Source of the DNA: Podarcis filfolensis
Lineage: Eukaryota
DNA: 64,000 nt
Assembly (NCBI GenBank): GCA_964270895.1
Contig: OZ185438.1
Direction: 5' to 3' (one strand)
Part shown: piece after piece, positions 48,761 through 62,500 of the stretch
How the letters are laid out: the number at the start of each line of letters is the position of its first letter
Position numbering within the stretch: position 1 is the stretch's first letter
Program-made: the position numbers and the translations under genes
Notes under the pieces: model-generated
The model's database searches: none
Told to the model about the DNA's origin: nothing
The model's input: only the letters and a program-made list of their open reading frames with translations

Positions 48761-51109
48761 GTCCCAGTTTTCAACAGGAAACTGACCCTGAGCCCAAATC
48801 CTGCTTGGTAGGGGCCCATAGCTGCTTTTTCTTCAAAATAAGTACCCAGTTTTTAGCACACTTCCCCTCAGAATGAATACAGTTGTTTGACCAGTCTCTT
48901 GGCTGCTGCCCTACATTGGCTCTCTAAGGAAGATAAAAATTCAGCTTTCATCTGTACAGGTGAAATGCTTATTTAAAACTAGATTTTAAACTGGCAACAA
49001 AATGTATTTCGGGCACAGAGGGCTGCATCCTGTCTTAGTAGTGAAGAAGGGCCTTGCTGAAGGGCCCTTTCTTTTTCTTTTCCAAAATCATAAGCTTTTT
49101 TAATCACAGAAGTACTTTGACTGTAACACATTGGCCATTGTTAAACAAAAGGGCCGCATTCTTGGAATGAGGCTGTCCTAGAGCTGAAGGGATCCGGTTG
49201 ATGGTAAAATTTCAAAACAAGGTTGGCCGTCCTTAGGAGAAAGGAAGTTCGATGCTTTCCTGCATCCGTGTACTGTCTATTAATAGTATAATACAGCGAC
49301 TTCATTGGAAATCTGGAAAGTTACTCTTATTTATCCCAACTTCTCAAAAGAAAAGAATCAAAACAAAAAATAGCTGGCATTTTTAAAATAAAATGTCTCA
49401 CAGAGCAATGTTATTTAGGCCTACTCAGATGTAAGCTCCATTGAGTACATTGGGAATTACTCTCAAGCAGTGGCCTTTGGGGGAGAACTTACCTGACCTG
49501 GCAGGTGAGTCAGCACAGCTGCTTACTGGGAGGGTGGGGTAGCAGGAAGGGTGTTAAGGTGCAAACACACCAGTAGATCCCAATCTGGCAACCCTGCCAG
49601 TGTGTTTGCCCCACGCTGCCCACTTCACCCTCCTCCTTTTCCTTCCAGTAAGCCACAGCATCTCACCTGCTTGGAGGTCAGGTAAGCACCTCTTTCCTCC
49701 AACACCATTTACTGCTGCTCCCAGGTAAGTAGGTCACAATCCTGTGCATTGAACTATAATGCTGTGCCCATTAACCCAAGTGGAAGATCCAGTGAACTTA
49801 GTGGAGATTATTTCTGAGTGACGTGATCATAGAATTAGAATTATAGAGTTGGAAGGGACCCCGAGGGTCATCTAGTCCAACCCCCTACAATGCAGAAATC
49901 TCAACACACTGCTCCCCATCCAATTTCAAACCATACTAGACCCTGCTTAGCTTAGTTTTATTGCTGGTCTCAGACCTTTTAAATAACTTAAGTATACTTG
50001 GCCTCTCTGTTTTTAAATCTGTGTTTTAGCTGTAGGCAGTGCAGTGACTTTTGCTTATGTTTACATTTACATAGTTTTCAACTTTATGACTTTGTCTTAA
50101 AAAGAACATAGTAAAAAAAACAGTAGCACTACTTCACTATGATGAAGAAGAACTAAAAGATGGGAAATCAAGTAATTAAACCTTTCTACTTCACAGGATT
50201 GGAAATGGACATTGGGGCTGTTAAGAGATGCTGTTCATCACTAATCTCCCACTCATGTACATCAGGAGACACTCAAATGGGCTGAGCCTTAAAACAGGGT
50301 TTAATTACAGACACAGGAGCCATTAGAAGCCCTTAGAAGTTTTGACAGCATTTTACCTGCCCACATTAGACAGGCTTATACTGCGACTGTCTTTTATTAG
50401 AAAAAAATAGCCACAAATCAGATCAGGGAAGGGAAGCAGGAAATGGAAAACAAAGAAACAGGGGGAAGCTACAATCTGACAGCAATGCTGCCTAGTTGGC
50501 TCCGTAAAAATGAAGAAAAATAGATTGGACAAAAGATGGCACAAAAAGGCCTAGTGTGGAAGTAGGAAGAGTTTGTGATTTTTTATTTTTATTTTATTTT
50601 TTGGTAAGCTTCCCAGAAGTTTCTGGCTGGTTGCTGTTGACAGCTGGATTCTGGACACGATGGATTTTTGGTCTGGCCCTTCGAGGTTCTTCTCATGCTA
50701 TGGTTTTTCACCAGGCCAAAATGGTTGACCAGTCTGAGGGAATGATAGATGCCATTTATGGCCTTGTCTCAGAACATGAATTTGCTTGAATTAAGCAGGA
50801 CTTGTTTGTGAGCAGGTCACAGGGAAGGGATGTTTCTGTGTAATGGGGATAAGGACCTTTTTCAGCCAAAAGCCACATTTCGTTGTGGGCAGCCTTCCGG
50901 GGCCACTTGGGCAAAGCAATGGATGTACATCTTACATTTGCACAGTAGGCTACAAACAAGCAAGAGTTCCCAGTTCCCAGTTGAAGGATACCTTCCAGCC
51001 AGGCAAAAGGATCCAAGGAGGGTGTGGCCTATGGAGAGGCCCAAGGTCCAAATAGAGATGCCTGGAGGGCCAAATTAGGTCCCCAGCCCTGAGGTTTTTA
51101 AGCAGAAGT

Positions 51110-51210
51110 TGGATGGCCACCTGTCATGAATGCTATAGCTGAGATTCCTGCATTGCAGGGAGTTGGACGAGAGAGGTCCCTTCCAACTCTACCATTCTAT
51201 GATTCTATGA
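51110..51210 (+). mobile_element. CR1 3' tip (similar tips at ~31120-31203, ~49826-49905 minus, ~51950-52055)
   Basis: gatggccacctgtcatgaatgct...gattcctgcattgcagggg...ttccaactct...attctatgattctatga. Confidence 0.75.
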
Positions 51211-52363
51211 ACTCCAATGTGGAAGTGAGTATATATAAGGATGTAATACTCGTAAGATGCCAGCTGAATATAATTTATATATGTGGTCAAATGGATTAAA
51301 TGTGTGTCTTCTTGCAACTGTGACACCGCCTTCAAGTGCTCTATAAATAGCTGTGGTATATGTTTACTTTTTGCCATAGTCTCCTGTCCTCTGATACCCA
51401 GTTTGGAGGTTCATTATAAGATAATAGCTCTGAATGCAAATTGTGTAGCAGGCAGAATTAGTTAATTATCAGCACTTTGAAGTCTGCTAATAATGAGAAA
51501 TCAGTTTGGTTGCTAAGATCCAGTTAGTTACATGTTTAAGTCACATTTTTTCAAACAACCTTTGAATTAATAGTGCACCAAAGGTTTCTTCTCAAGAGGA
51601 ATTGTTGTGAGAATCTGAAAAACTGGCCATGAAATAGAGCAGAGGCTGCCATCTGCTCATCAGAATAATCTTTTTCAGAGTGAACTTGACCTAGCTTTGT
51701 CATCTTTGGATAATACCAAAAGAGAGCGTCACAGCATCGGTCCTCTCAATATGTGGCATGAAAACGTTATTTGACACAGACTGGGTAGTAAAGGAATTAG
51801 AGCAGGAATAAAATAAACTCAGGCGGAATGAATTGTACATTAGAGCACTGTGGTCTAAGTGGATGATACGGGCCCAGTGGGTTCTGTTTGGCAGTGTTAG
51901 GGTTATATAGGTTAGCTGATGCTGGGTTCCCCATCTAAGTTTTCCCATTTCTGTGGATGGCCATCTGTCATGGATGCTTTAGCTGAGATTCCTGCATTGC
52001 AGGGGGTTGGACTAGATGACCCTTGGGTCCCTTCCAGCTCTAAGATTCTATGATGTATAAAGGAAGGAAGACATGAGTAAGTCAAGTGGAAATGGCAACC
52101 CTCGTATAGATAGATAGCTGTTGATAAAACAGTATTTAGTTTTAAATATTTATTCTAAGTTGAGAATTCTCCTTGGCCATACCATTATGAAAACTAACTA
52201 GGTTGGGGGTACCAGGGTTTTCCTGTTCTAGTCCAAGTGCATGATAAAAAGTTTCCCCTTCCGCAAGCACAGACTTCTGGGCATGTGGCATGACTCCATT
52301 GCCTGCATTGCTCATAAAATCGTAGAATTGTAGAGTTGGAAGGGACCCAAGGGTCATCTAGTC

Positions 52364-52499
52364 CAGGCTTCCTCAACCTCAACCCTCCAGATGTTTTTTG
52401 CCAACAACTCCCATGATCCCTAGCTTGCAGGACCAGTGGTCAGGGATGCTGGGAATTGTAGTCTCAAAACATCAGGAGGGCCGAGGTTGAGGAAGCCTG
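52364..52499. mobile_element. hAT-type MITE inserted into a minus-strand CR1 tail (52318-52530)
   Basis: TIR CAGGCTTCCTCAACCTC / GAGGTTGAGGAAGCCTG splits catctagtc|...|agtccaac; no clean 8-bp TSD. Confidence 0.8.
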
Positions 52500-52586
52500 A
52501 GTCCAACGCCCTGCAATGCAGGAATCTCAACACATGGTCTCTCATCCAATTTTAAACCATACCAGGCCCTTCTTAGCTTTGCAAAT

Positions 52587-53094
52587 GTGCCAGCAGTTTT
52601 ATTGCTGCACCTCTTACAAAGGTTAGGACTCTTATAAGGCTTCCCAGTGGTCTTCATGGAGGAAAGTGCATGAAGCATATGCCAAAATCCACCCTGAGTG
52701 GCCTGCATTTGCACAGTTTGTCCAGTTGCCAGTGCGGATGACTAAATTGAAAGGTACAAGTTTGAGGTGTCTGGTGGATAAGTTGACAGGTTCAACTTAA
52801 GTGGGGAGGAGGAGAAACCAGGTTTGAATTCTTCAGACATGAATGCAACAGTTCTGGTGCTAGGAATGATAATCAGACATCTTTAATTTACCTTGCTGCC
52901 ATGGTAGGTGCCAGCAGTTTTATTGCTGCACCTCTTACAAAGGTTAGGACTCTTATAAGGCTACCCAGTGATCTTCATGGAGGAAAGTGCATGAAGCATA
53001 TGCCAAAATCCACCCTGAGTGGCCTGCATTTGCACAGTTTGTCCAATTGCCAGTGCGGATGACTAAATTGAAAGGTACCATGCCATGGTAGGTG
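52587..53094 (+). repeat. 171-bp direct duplication (52587-52757 and 52908-53078)
   Basis: 3 mismatches in 171 bp; the second copy is flanked by the 14-bp direct repeat tgccatggtaggtg (52897-52910; 53081-53094). Confidence 0.95.
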
Positions 53095-55400
53095 TCCCTT
53101 GTGGGATATGGATTGGAATTTGCTTTTGTGTCCATCAGTAGTGCTGGAAGCAAAAGGTATTTTTCATCTCAGTCTCCTAAGATTTTTTCCCATTCCCCAT
53201 CATTTGATGGGTGAAAGCCAACCCATGATAGGAGTATCACCAGCAACTTGACTCTCATTGTTGGGTACTTACCTAAGATGATAAGAAGAGTGAACCATTA
53301 TGACTCAACGCAGGGATGATTGTTTATATTAGTTTCACACATTCAGGTAGTAGATGACAATAGTTGTCACTCAAAACTAGTGGCTCACGTCCCTTTTGCA
53401 ATAGTGAGAGTTTTCTTTGCACAGAAAGGCTTATTCCATTAGGATGGAATAAAAATATATGAAAGCTCCCCCCCCCCCCCGCAACAAGTCTTGTGTAAAA
53501 TTAATTGGAAGGTGGTTTCCACGGCACATCTAGATATAGGTAGATATCCTTGACTGTATTACCTGCTTCTGTCTTCCTGTTGTCTTCCTTTCTCTCCCAG
53601 TCCCCTTTTTCACAGCTAAAAAAAAATGGGGAGGAGATACTCTTAGATGGAAATGGTTTTATCTTTGAACAGTATGTTTTTAATTCTAAGGGCATAGGTT
53701 GGGGTGGAAAATCTGCTAGTAACAACCATGATACTTGGCTAGAAAATATATTTTCTAGATTCTTTAGACTGCTGAAGCTTCTAACTGTGCAACATACCTG
53801 CTGCTTTCTTTGATTTCAAAGGCATGCTAATAATAATAATATTAATAATAATATAGTGATAGTTTACGGAATTTCTATTTCCAAGGGGTTATATATCTGG
53901 TTTCTGCCCAGTTAAATTATTAGCATGGGGCTCTTGCAAAGTAGAACGAGCAATTTGTGCAAAGTTGAGCTGAAAAACACAAAGTGGAAGGAATGCCACA
54001 GTTCTCCATGGTCCTTTAAGGTGGGAGTTGCTTTGGCAAATGAGACACATTTTTTTAAACAAAACCTTGCTGGATTGGACCAAAGCTCTGTTTCTGGCAG
54101 TGGCTGCCTGGAGGACGCTTCTGAGAGCCTTGCAACTTCTGAAGGCAACAATTCTCTCACTGTTCTCTATCCCCAGCATCTGATATTCAGATGCTGTAAG
54201 TAGTTATTTGTGTGCTTGCAAATGGCTAAAAATTATTGTCTCTGTTTTGTAGATGGCTTGATTTCAAATGTTCATGGTACTTCTCATAGATCACAATGTT
54301 ATAATTACCATATGGGGTGAGGACAAGCGAGGCTTGTGGAATTCTGACTTGCCTAAAATCAACTAGTTGCCTTGTGGCTAAGGGGGGTTTGAACTAGGGA
54401 CTTTGGCACACAACTCAGTTTTTTGTCTGCTGTGCAGAAATAGTACCACCAAATCCTAACACGGCTACCTATCTGTAACTCAAATCCTCCAGGGCAGCCC
54501 TTAATCATTCTTCATTCTTTTAAAAGTGCAACGTTACCCAATCTAGATTGGCTCAGTGTTGTTCCATTTCCCAGTATTTAACAAGTCCATTGCTATCCCT
54601 TTGCTACACTTGATTTCTATGCCTTGTAGATTGCAAAAGCCCAGTTCCAGTTTTGCTTCAATGGATGTTGCTGCTAGTGCTTCTGTTTAAAATTATAGTA
54701 GGTTAGTAGGTTTCTAAGAGGCGTCATGATTTATTGGTTCTGTTTCATCTAGCAATAGATATTAAAATGTAGTATTAAAATAAACATTTTGGCATTCACA
54801 TAATAAAGATACTGGTTTTATTTAGAAACACTGGTGAAAGCTTTGGAGAAAGAAACTGTTTGCTTGTGGGCTCTTGGTTTAATTTTACTAGTGCAGATGA
54901 TGTCATAATGATGTGAGACCGACAGTGTTTGTTTTCACTCTGGTCGCAGCAGGATGTTCTCTTTAATATTTAGCTGCTTCTTAATGCTGGGCGCAGAGTT
55001 ATCAGTTAGCCATATTACACAAAACCTGACGAAGCTCTTTCAGGATGACTTCAGGAACCTGCTAGCTAAGTCAGAGGTCAGGATGTCACATAATGAGGCA
55101 AAGTAGGGAACGGGTTTAGGCAGAATGACGGATTTTGCCATGAAGCTGCATTGTGCAGAAATCCTGTCTTTGACCAATGGTGCTGTCCTAGCAGGGCTTT
55201 GGGGTCCAATGCCCTATTTAGCAGCATGACCTGAAGGGCTACCAAATGCAGTAGGGTGGGCTTAACCACATTGTTAATTAAGTGAAGTAGTAATAATTAC
55301 CGGGGGCGGGGGGTTAAAGTGTTACATACAGAGTCTAAGATTACTTATTGCACCACTGTCTTTCCCCTTTTGGAAGTTTCCGTTTTACCAGATATAGAGA

Positions 55401-57187
55401 GGTTAAAAGCAACAAAAAAGGCTTTTATGGGTATGTTCGTAGCAAAAGGAAGAACAAAGAAACAGTGGGGTCACTCTGAGGAGAAGATGGTGAAATGCAA
55501 ACAGGGGACACAGAAAGGGCTGAACTCCTCAATGCCTTCTTTGCCTCAGTCTTCTCCGATAAAGAAAACAATACCCGACCTGAAGAATTTGGAGTAAATG
55601 ATTCAGCAGAGGAAACATAGCCCAGAATAACTAAGGAGATAGTACAAGAATACTTGGCTAGTCTAGATGTATTCAAGTCTCCAGGGCCAGATGAACTGCA
55701 TCCAAGAGTATTAAAAGAACTGGCAGATGTGATCTCAGAACCACTGGCAGTCATCTTTGAGAATTCCTGGAGAACAGGCGAAGTCCCGGCAGACTGGAGG
55801 AGGGCAATTGTTGTCCCTATTTTCAAAAAGGGGAAAAGAGAGGACTCAAATAATTACCGCCCAGTCAGTCTGACATCAATACCAGGGAAGATTCTGGAGC
55901 AGAACATTAAGCAAACAGTCTGTGAGCACCTAGAAAGGAATGCTGTGATCACCAATAGTCAGCATGGATTTCTGAAAAATAAGTCATGTCAGACTAACCT
56001 GATCTCGTTTTTTGACAGAATTACAAGCCTGGTAGATGAAGGGAACGCAGTGGATGTAGCCTACCTTGATCTCAGCAAGGCATTTGACAAGGTGCCCCAT
56101 GATATTCTTGTAAAGAAGCTGGTAAAATGCGGTCTTGACTATGCTACCACTCAGTGGATTTGTAACTGGCTGACTGACCAAACCCAAAGGGTGCTCATCA
56201 ATGGTTCCTCTTCATCCTGGAGAAGAGTGACTAGTGGGGTGCCACAGGGTTCTGTCTTATTCAACATCTTTATCAACGACTTGGATGATGGACTCAAGGG
56301 CATCCTGATCAAATTTGCAGATGACACCAAACTGGGAGGGGTGGCTAACACCCCAGAGGACACGATCACACTTCAAAACGACCTTGACAGATTAGAGAAC
56401 TGGGCCAAAACAAACAAGATGAATTTTAACAGGGAGAAATGTAAAGTATTGCACTTGGGCAAAAAAAATGAGAGACACAAATACAAGATGGGTGACACCT
56501 GGCTTGAGAGCAGTACATGTGAAAAGAATCTAGGAGTCTTGGTTGACCACAAACTTGACATGAGCCAACAGTGTGACGCGGCAGCTAAAAAAGCCAATGC
56601 AATTCTGGGCTGCATCAATAGGAGTATAGCATCTAGATCAAGGGAAGTAATAGTGCCACTGTATTCTGCTCTGGTCAGACCTCACCTGGAGTACTGTGTC
56701 CAGTTCTGGGCACCACAGTTCAAGAAGGACACTGACAAACTTGAACGTGTCCAGAGGAGGGCAACCAAAATGGTCAAAGGCCTGGAAACGATGCCTTATG
56801 AGGAACGGCTAAGGGAGCTGGGCATGTTTAGCCTGGAGAAGAGGAGGTTAAGGGGTGATATGATAGCCATGTTCAAATATATAAAAGGATGTCACATAGA
56901 GGAGGGAGAAAGGTTGTTTTCTGCTGCTCCAGAGAAGCGGACACGGAGCAATGGATCCAAACTACAAGAAAGATTCCACCTAAACATTAGGAAGAACTTC
57001 CTGACAGTAAGAGCTGTTCGACAGTGGAATTTGCTGCCAAGGAGTGTGGTGGAGTCTCCTTCTTTGGAGGTCTTTAAGCAGAGGCTTGACAACCATATGT
57101 CAGGAGTGCTCTGATGGTGTTTCCTGCTTGGCAGGGGGTTGGACTTGATGGCCCTTGTGGTCTCTTCCAACTCTATGATTCTATGAT
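55401..57187 (+). mobile_element. 5'-truncated CR1 LINE with a near-intact reverse transcriptase ORF (55654-57114, 486 aa)
   Basis: Motifs [89 protein letters not shown]; (ATTCTATG)n tail. Two upstream in-frame stops and an apparent 4-codon deletion after GVPQGSVL indicate a dead copy. Confidence 0.97.
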
Positions 57188-57498
57188 TTTTAAAAGGAAA
57201 CAAAGCTCTGGTTGAGAATTACACTGTCATTTGGGGAAGGGGCATGGGCATGAATTGTCCACATCCAAGATGACACATTCCTTGCCTCCTGTCATCTTCT
57301 GTGTTCTTGGAGCAAGTTGGCTAAATCCAGAAACTGGGGAGGTGAAGTTTCTGTCAGACTAAAGCTGTCTGTCAAAATAACTTGGGGCCAACTAGATCAC
57401 ACTTGTTTTTCCTTAAGTAATTAAAGGACCAGGGGAAACCAGTTCTCACTCTGAAGGCAGCACTTGAGAAGGAGAGACTTATCACATACCATTGCTAT

Positions 57499-57641
57499 AT
57501 AGCTCCGTTAGTTAGAGCATGATGCTGATAACACCAAAGTTGCAGGTTTGATCCCTGCGTGGGACAGCTGCATATTCCTGCATTACAGGGGGTTGGACTA
57601 TATGATCCTTGGGGTCCTTTCCAACTCTATAATTCTATTAT
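57499..57641 (+). mobile_element. tRNA-Ile-like-headed SINE with a CR1 3' tail
   Basis: atagctccgttagttagagcatgatgctgataacaccaaagttgcaggtttgatccc resembles tRNA-Ile (TAGCTCAGTTGGTTAGAGCGTGGTGCTAATAACGCCAAGGTCGCGGGTTCGATCCCC); CR1 tail follows. Confidence 0.75.
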
Positions 57642-58640
57642 CCTATCTTGTAATTCCCTGATGATAGCAAAATGGAGATTGCTCTCCTCACATACAGGGC
57701 TAGGAAAATTAGGAAAAACTGGTACCAATGGGGATCCCCCCCAACCCCCCCCCCGACTGTGTGGCTAATCACCATGTTGTCTGCTTACTGGGTCCTGGGG
57801 TGGGCAGTGGTTTTGACCGATCACAACAGGCCCTGATCCTGGGGAAGCAGTGCTGGGCTAGGTGGCCAGCCTTTGGGAAATTCCCAGACTGGTCGCTTGG
57901 GGAGAAAGAGAGAATTGTTCTCTACAGTGAGCATTTGCAAAGATATCTGGGTCCCTTGTCCCTGTAGTCAAGGAAAATATACAAAGCTCCCTGCTACTTA
58001 TTAAGCGCAGGTGTAGTTTGGACCTCAGTCACCAGCCTCTGGGTTTCTGTCAGTGACTTTCTGTTGGCCATCTGCCATGCTGCCCTGGAGCTAGATTGTA
58101 TGTCTGAATTGTGGATAGTATCCAGGTGCTTCAAGTGCTAGGGTGGTCCTTGGTTCAGTTCCAAGGCTGGCAGCTGCTATTTTAAAAATATAACCAAGCA
58201 GTTATAGGGTTCTTTAAATTTCAGGAAAAGGTCATTCAGAGTTGACTGACTTGGTGATGCACCAGCAGCAGGAGAGGAGCAGCAGCAGGGACAACTGCAG
58301 AGCAGGTAGAACTTTTGCCATCTTCCTGCTCCGCTTTCACTGCTGCTGCCCCAGAAATGAGAAGAGAGATGCTGAAGGAACCTCCCCACCTACCTCTACT
58401 TTAAAGCAGCTGGCCTTGATGCCAGACTTCTTGATGGGTGGGGAGAAAACCAAAAAGTCACTGGGTTGATGTGGATGGTTTTGGGGTGAGGGAGGGGGGT
58501 GTCAGTGTTAAGCTTTTATTTTTGTCTGTTAGTGGGTGGGAGTATTGTTTTGTTTATTGTCTGTGTACTGCTAATGTTTTTTATTATTGTTATGGGGTGC
58601 TGGTGGGTTTTTTATTTCCTCAATATATCGTACGGCATAT

Positions 58641-58783
58641 TCATAGAACTGTAGAATTGGAAGTGACCACGGGGGTCATCTAGTCCAGCCCCCTGCAATG
58701 TAGGAACCTTTCGCTCAGTGTGGGGCTGGAATCCACAACCTTGACCTGAGATGAAGGGTCTCATGCTCTTCCGACTGAGCTAT
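58641..58783 (-). mobile_element. tRNA-Lys-derived SINE with a CR1 3' tail
   Basis: Minus strand: atagctcagtcggaagagcatgagacc...; tail ggggctggactagatgacc. Confidence 0.78.
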
Positions 58784-58949
58784 TCCTCACCAGATGTATT
58801 AATGTGTCATATACCCCTCCCACTGCTTTTCAAGGTATAGTGTAAGTCATTTGAAGAGCCATTGGGGGACAAGCAACTAATAAATAAAAAATGTTGAGAT
58901 GAATTAAGTGAAAGCTTACCTCAACTAGAAAAATTAAGGTCTCTATCGC

Positions 58950-58982
58950 ACGCACACACACACACACACACACGCGCGCGCA

Positions 58983-59031
<49 letters not shown>

Positions 59032-59032
59032 A
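58950..59032 (+). repeat. Compound (CA)n(CG)n(CT)n(CA)n microsatellite
   Basis: Direct reading. Confidence 0.92.
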
Positions 59033-59443
59033 GCACTAAAATTCAGGGGTTCTGGGTGAACAAATAATCAATGTGATTTAATGACAAAACCTTTGTTTCT
59101 TTTTGTTGTTTTTTAAAAATAAGAATACTTAAAGTATTAATAGTTTATAAGAAAGAATACTTAAAATACTAATGATAAAGAATCTAACACCCTAGGCAAG
59201 TCCCAAAAGCTCAGGATAAAAGCACAGGATGTGCCCCTTTCCCTTATGTCAACCCAATAGAATTACTTGGAAGTGACCTTTGATAACAGTTTACCCTGAG
59301 GTCTGCTGATGCTCTCTAACTTGCTTGCTGTTGGGTCCCCAGGGGGTGGTGGAAATGGAAAGTGGCTCTTCAGTGACTCCCTCAGCCACTTACCTCAGCC
59401 TGTGAGCTTACACCTCCTCCAGGATCAGAGGTACTGTGTAGAC

Positions 59444-59579
59444 CAGGCACCCCAAAACTCGGCCCTCCAGCTGTTTAGGGACTACAACTCCCATCATCCC
59501 TAGCTAACAGGACCAGTAGTCAGGGATGATGGGAATTGTAGTCCCAAAACAGCTGGAGGGCCGAGTTTGGGGATGCCTG
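59444..59579. mobile_element. hAT MITE, complete
   Basis: TIR CAGGCACCCCAAAACTCGGCCCTCCAGCTG / CAGCTGGAGGGCCGAGTTTGGGGATGCCTG; perfect 8-bp TSD gtgtagac (59436-59443; 59580-59587). Confidence 0.93.
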
Positions 59580-62500
59580 GTGTAGACAAAGTGCTGGAAG
59601 TGGAAGAGGGCTGCTGCCCTCACGCCCTGCTTGTGGGCTTCTCATAGATAGGCATCCAATTAGCTACCATAAGGAACAGGATACGGGGCTTTGGCCTGAT
59701 ATACCCGGGCTTTTCTTACGTCCTTAGGATATTGTATGATTTATTTTGTTGATGGAGAAGATTACCAATCAAGTCAAAGTTGGCAGGAGCCAAGCCAGTC
59801 TGGCATATTGGCTTGGTTGCTTTCCCCGTCCCCCTTAAGTATACAGAAACTTCAGCATGATTTTATCTTAGGGTCTAGTAAATATGCTTCTGTTTATGTA
59901 CATTCTAAATGGTTTGGCTTTAGTTCAAGCAAATATGTTCTGAATGTTTTACTTCGTATGAGTTGATATCGAAATGAGGGATGAGAGCAGGCTTCTCAAT
60001 TCCTCCCTGTTTACATTACTATTTATTTTGGAGGATTTTATTTTATTTTTGTAAATGGTATTATCTGCACATGCCTGGAACGTCGTGGTAGGGGTCCTCA
60101 GTTGGTGGCATTTCTGTCCATTTTCTTATTTTATGAATAAAGTAAAAACAAATAGTTTGAAAAGAGAGAGAAGAGCTTTGCTGCTTTGCACCCTTTGGTG
60201 CATAATATTTCTCGGTCAAAAGTTCCACAGTACACTTGATCGAAGCTTTAACCCTTTGACTTTGCTTTTTTATTGCATGTTACTTTGGCTTTAATAAAGT
60301 AGCTCTCAAAAACTGCGCACACCCTTTGGCCCCATTTAAAGCAGTGGTTTAGCAGTTAATCTCACTTCCCAGGGAATTCTGGGAATTGTAGCTCTTTGAG
60401 GGGACTAGTCTTTTAACAATTCTCAGCACCCTTAACAGATTACAGTTCTACGGATCCTTTGCGGATAGGCATGACTGTTTAAAGTGATGTTATATTGCTT
60501 TAAATGTATACTGCAGATGGGGCCTTTCTACACTTGCTGCATTCTTCACACTGCACCTGAAAAACCCTCTTTATGCATATTTGCCCTCCTGGATAGTAAT
60601 GCAAGAATTAAAAAAGGAGAAATTGCTTATTATCCCACTGGGGTTACAGTTACTATTTGTGAACGTCCTGAACCTTGGCTGTTATAGGATTTCTTAGTAA
60701 TAAAGGCTTTCAAAATTGTTCACCTCACCTCAACTACCCTTTCCTCTGCTTGTCTCTCACCTCCCAGTTTGAGCACACTGTTCAGACATTATCACACCAT
60801 CCAGTTTAGCATGTGAAATTTGAAGCTTTAATGATTTCTGCTTGCTTTTGTACATAACATAGGAGACTTGCCAGGCAAAAATCGAAATGAGACCGAAAAT
60901 CCCGAACACATTGTGCCACCAAAGTGTACCATAAAAAATAATTCTTGAATAAGTTTCCATAAATGCTGAAATCCCCATTAGCTTAATAATCTGAGTTCAG
61001 TACCCTGGTATGACCCAAATGCACCAAGCAAAGAAGAGTAGAAAAACTTCTTTGTGCATTTGCTATCTTTTTAAAAAAATGAAGAAAAGAAAAAAGATGA
61101 TAAATTGAGGGTTCTCCCTGTTTCTGAAGTAATGTCCCTATGTCTTCAGAAATGGGTACTTTTTTCTACTTGAGCTTGCATGAAGGACTGCTGTTTATTT
61201 CTAGTTTTCCCACTGTACCTATTTAACAGCAGAATGCCAAGCAAGAATTCAATAGATGCCATTTCGTTTACACTTTAGCTTCAGGGTTCCATTTCCATAT
61301 GACTTTGTCAAAAAACCTTTGAACATCTGCTGTGGAACGCTAGTGTGTTGCAGAGGATTCGGGGGTGTTATAAGGTTGCATACACAGTTAATGCGGGCCC
61401 TGCTCTTCTGGGCCTCCCTGTCGATTTACATGAACTGAACAAGCAACCTAGAACATACCTCATATTCACTTGCAAACAAGAAGGTGATGGGCAATCTTAT
61501 TCATTGTTACTGATCTTCCCACTGAAGGAACCCAGCTAAGTATGGAAGGAACCCCTGTGTTTCCTAGAACACGGTTTGAACACTGCATTATAGTATTGTG
61601 GTGCGTCAGCTATTGACTCGTTGTCATAGAGGCCTTCAAGGTGCAGAGGCCTTCCAGGAAAATAATGTGGTAATGGAATCCAAATTCAAAAGTTGTCTCA
61701 AGCTGTAATCTGTAGTGTTTTAGTCACACTTGATGAATTGCACATCATTTATAACTTTTGTTTAGTCTAAGGGCTGCAAATCCTATCCATTAAGGGGCAG
61801 TGGTGGTGACAACAGGCCTACTTTTCATTGTTTAGGTCAGGCATAGGGAACCTGTGGCATTTCAGATGTGCCTGGATTACAATCTTCATTCCCTAGGGAT
61901 GAGACTAAGAGTGCCTCTCCCACCAGATAGCCTTACCGGGTTTATGATCCACCCTGGGTGAGGGGCCACCCCACTCTCCCCAGACCAGCCCTGCTTCATG
62001 AGTGGAATGGTAAGGTTTATGAGAGCTCTGAGTGAACTCCTTTTTTAGCATAACTGTCCCTCCCCCCCTTTTCTTTTCCCTCTCCTACTTTCTTCCCCTT
62101 TCTGCTCTTTCTCTTGTCATCCCCACTCTTCCTTCTACCCCACCCACTCTCTCTAGCCAGGTGGGGGCAGGAAGAAATTTCCTGAGCAGCTTTGTGGCAC
62201 GGTTATTCCTGATGATTGACTATGCTGGCTGGCTGGGAGTATCACAAAATCCGGAGGGCACCTGGGTTGCCTATCCCTGATTTAGATTAATATGGGGTGG
62301 AATAAGATAGTAAGTACCCAGATTAGGACAGGGTTTCTTGATTAACTGTTCTCCTTCTTGAAGATTTAAACCAAGGAGAAAGGGGGCCTGTGGTATATGG
62401 AGAGAAGGGTTTTGTCAGTTTTGCAGAGTAGTTAAAAATGGCAGATCTGATCCAAACTGGATATTAAACCTGTTTGCTAACCTAACTGGGAATTAACCCA

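Noticed and set aside
55654-57114. 486-aa RT ORF as an active or domesticated gene
   Set aside because: 5'-truncated CR1 lacking the endonuclease and promoter, with upstream stops and an apparent deletion in a conserved RT motif.
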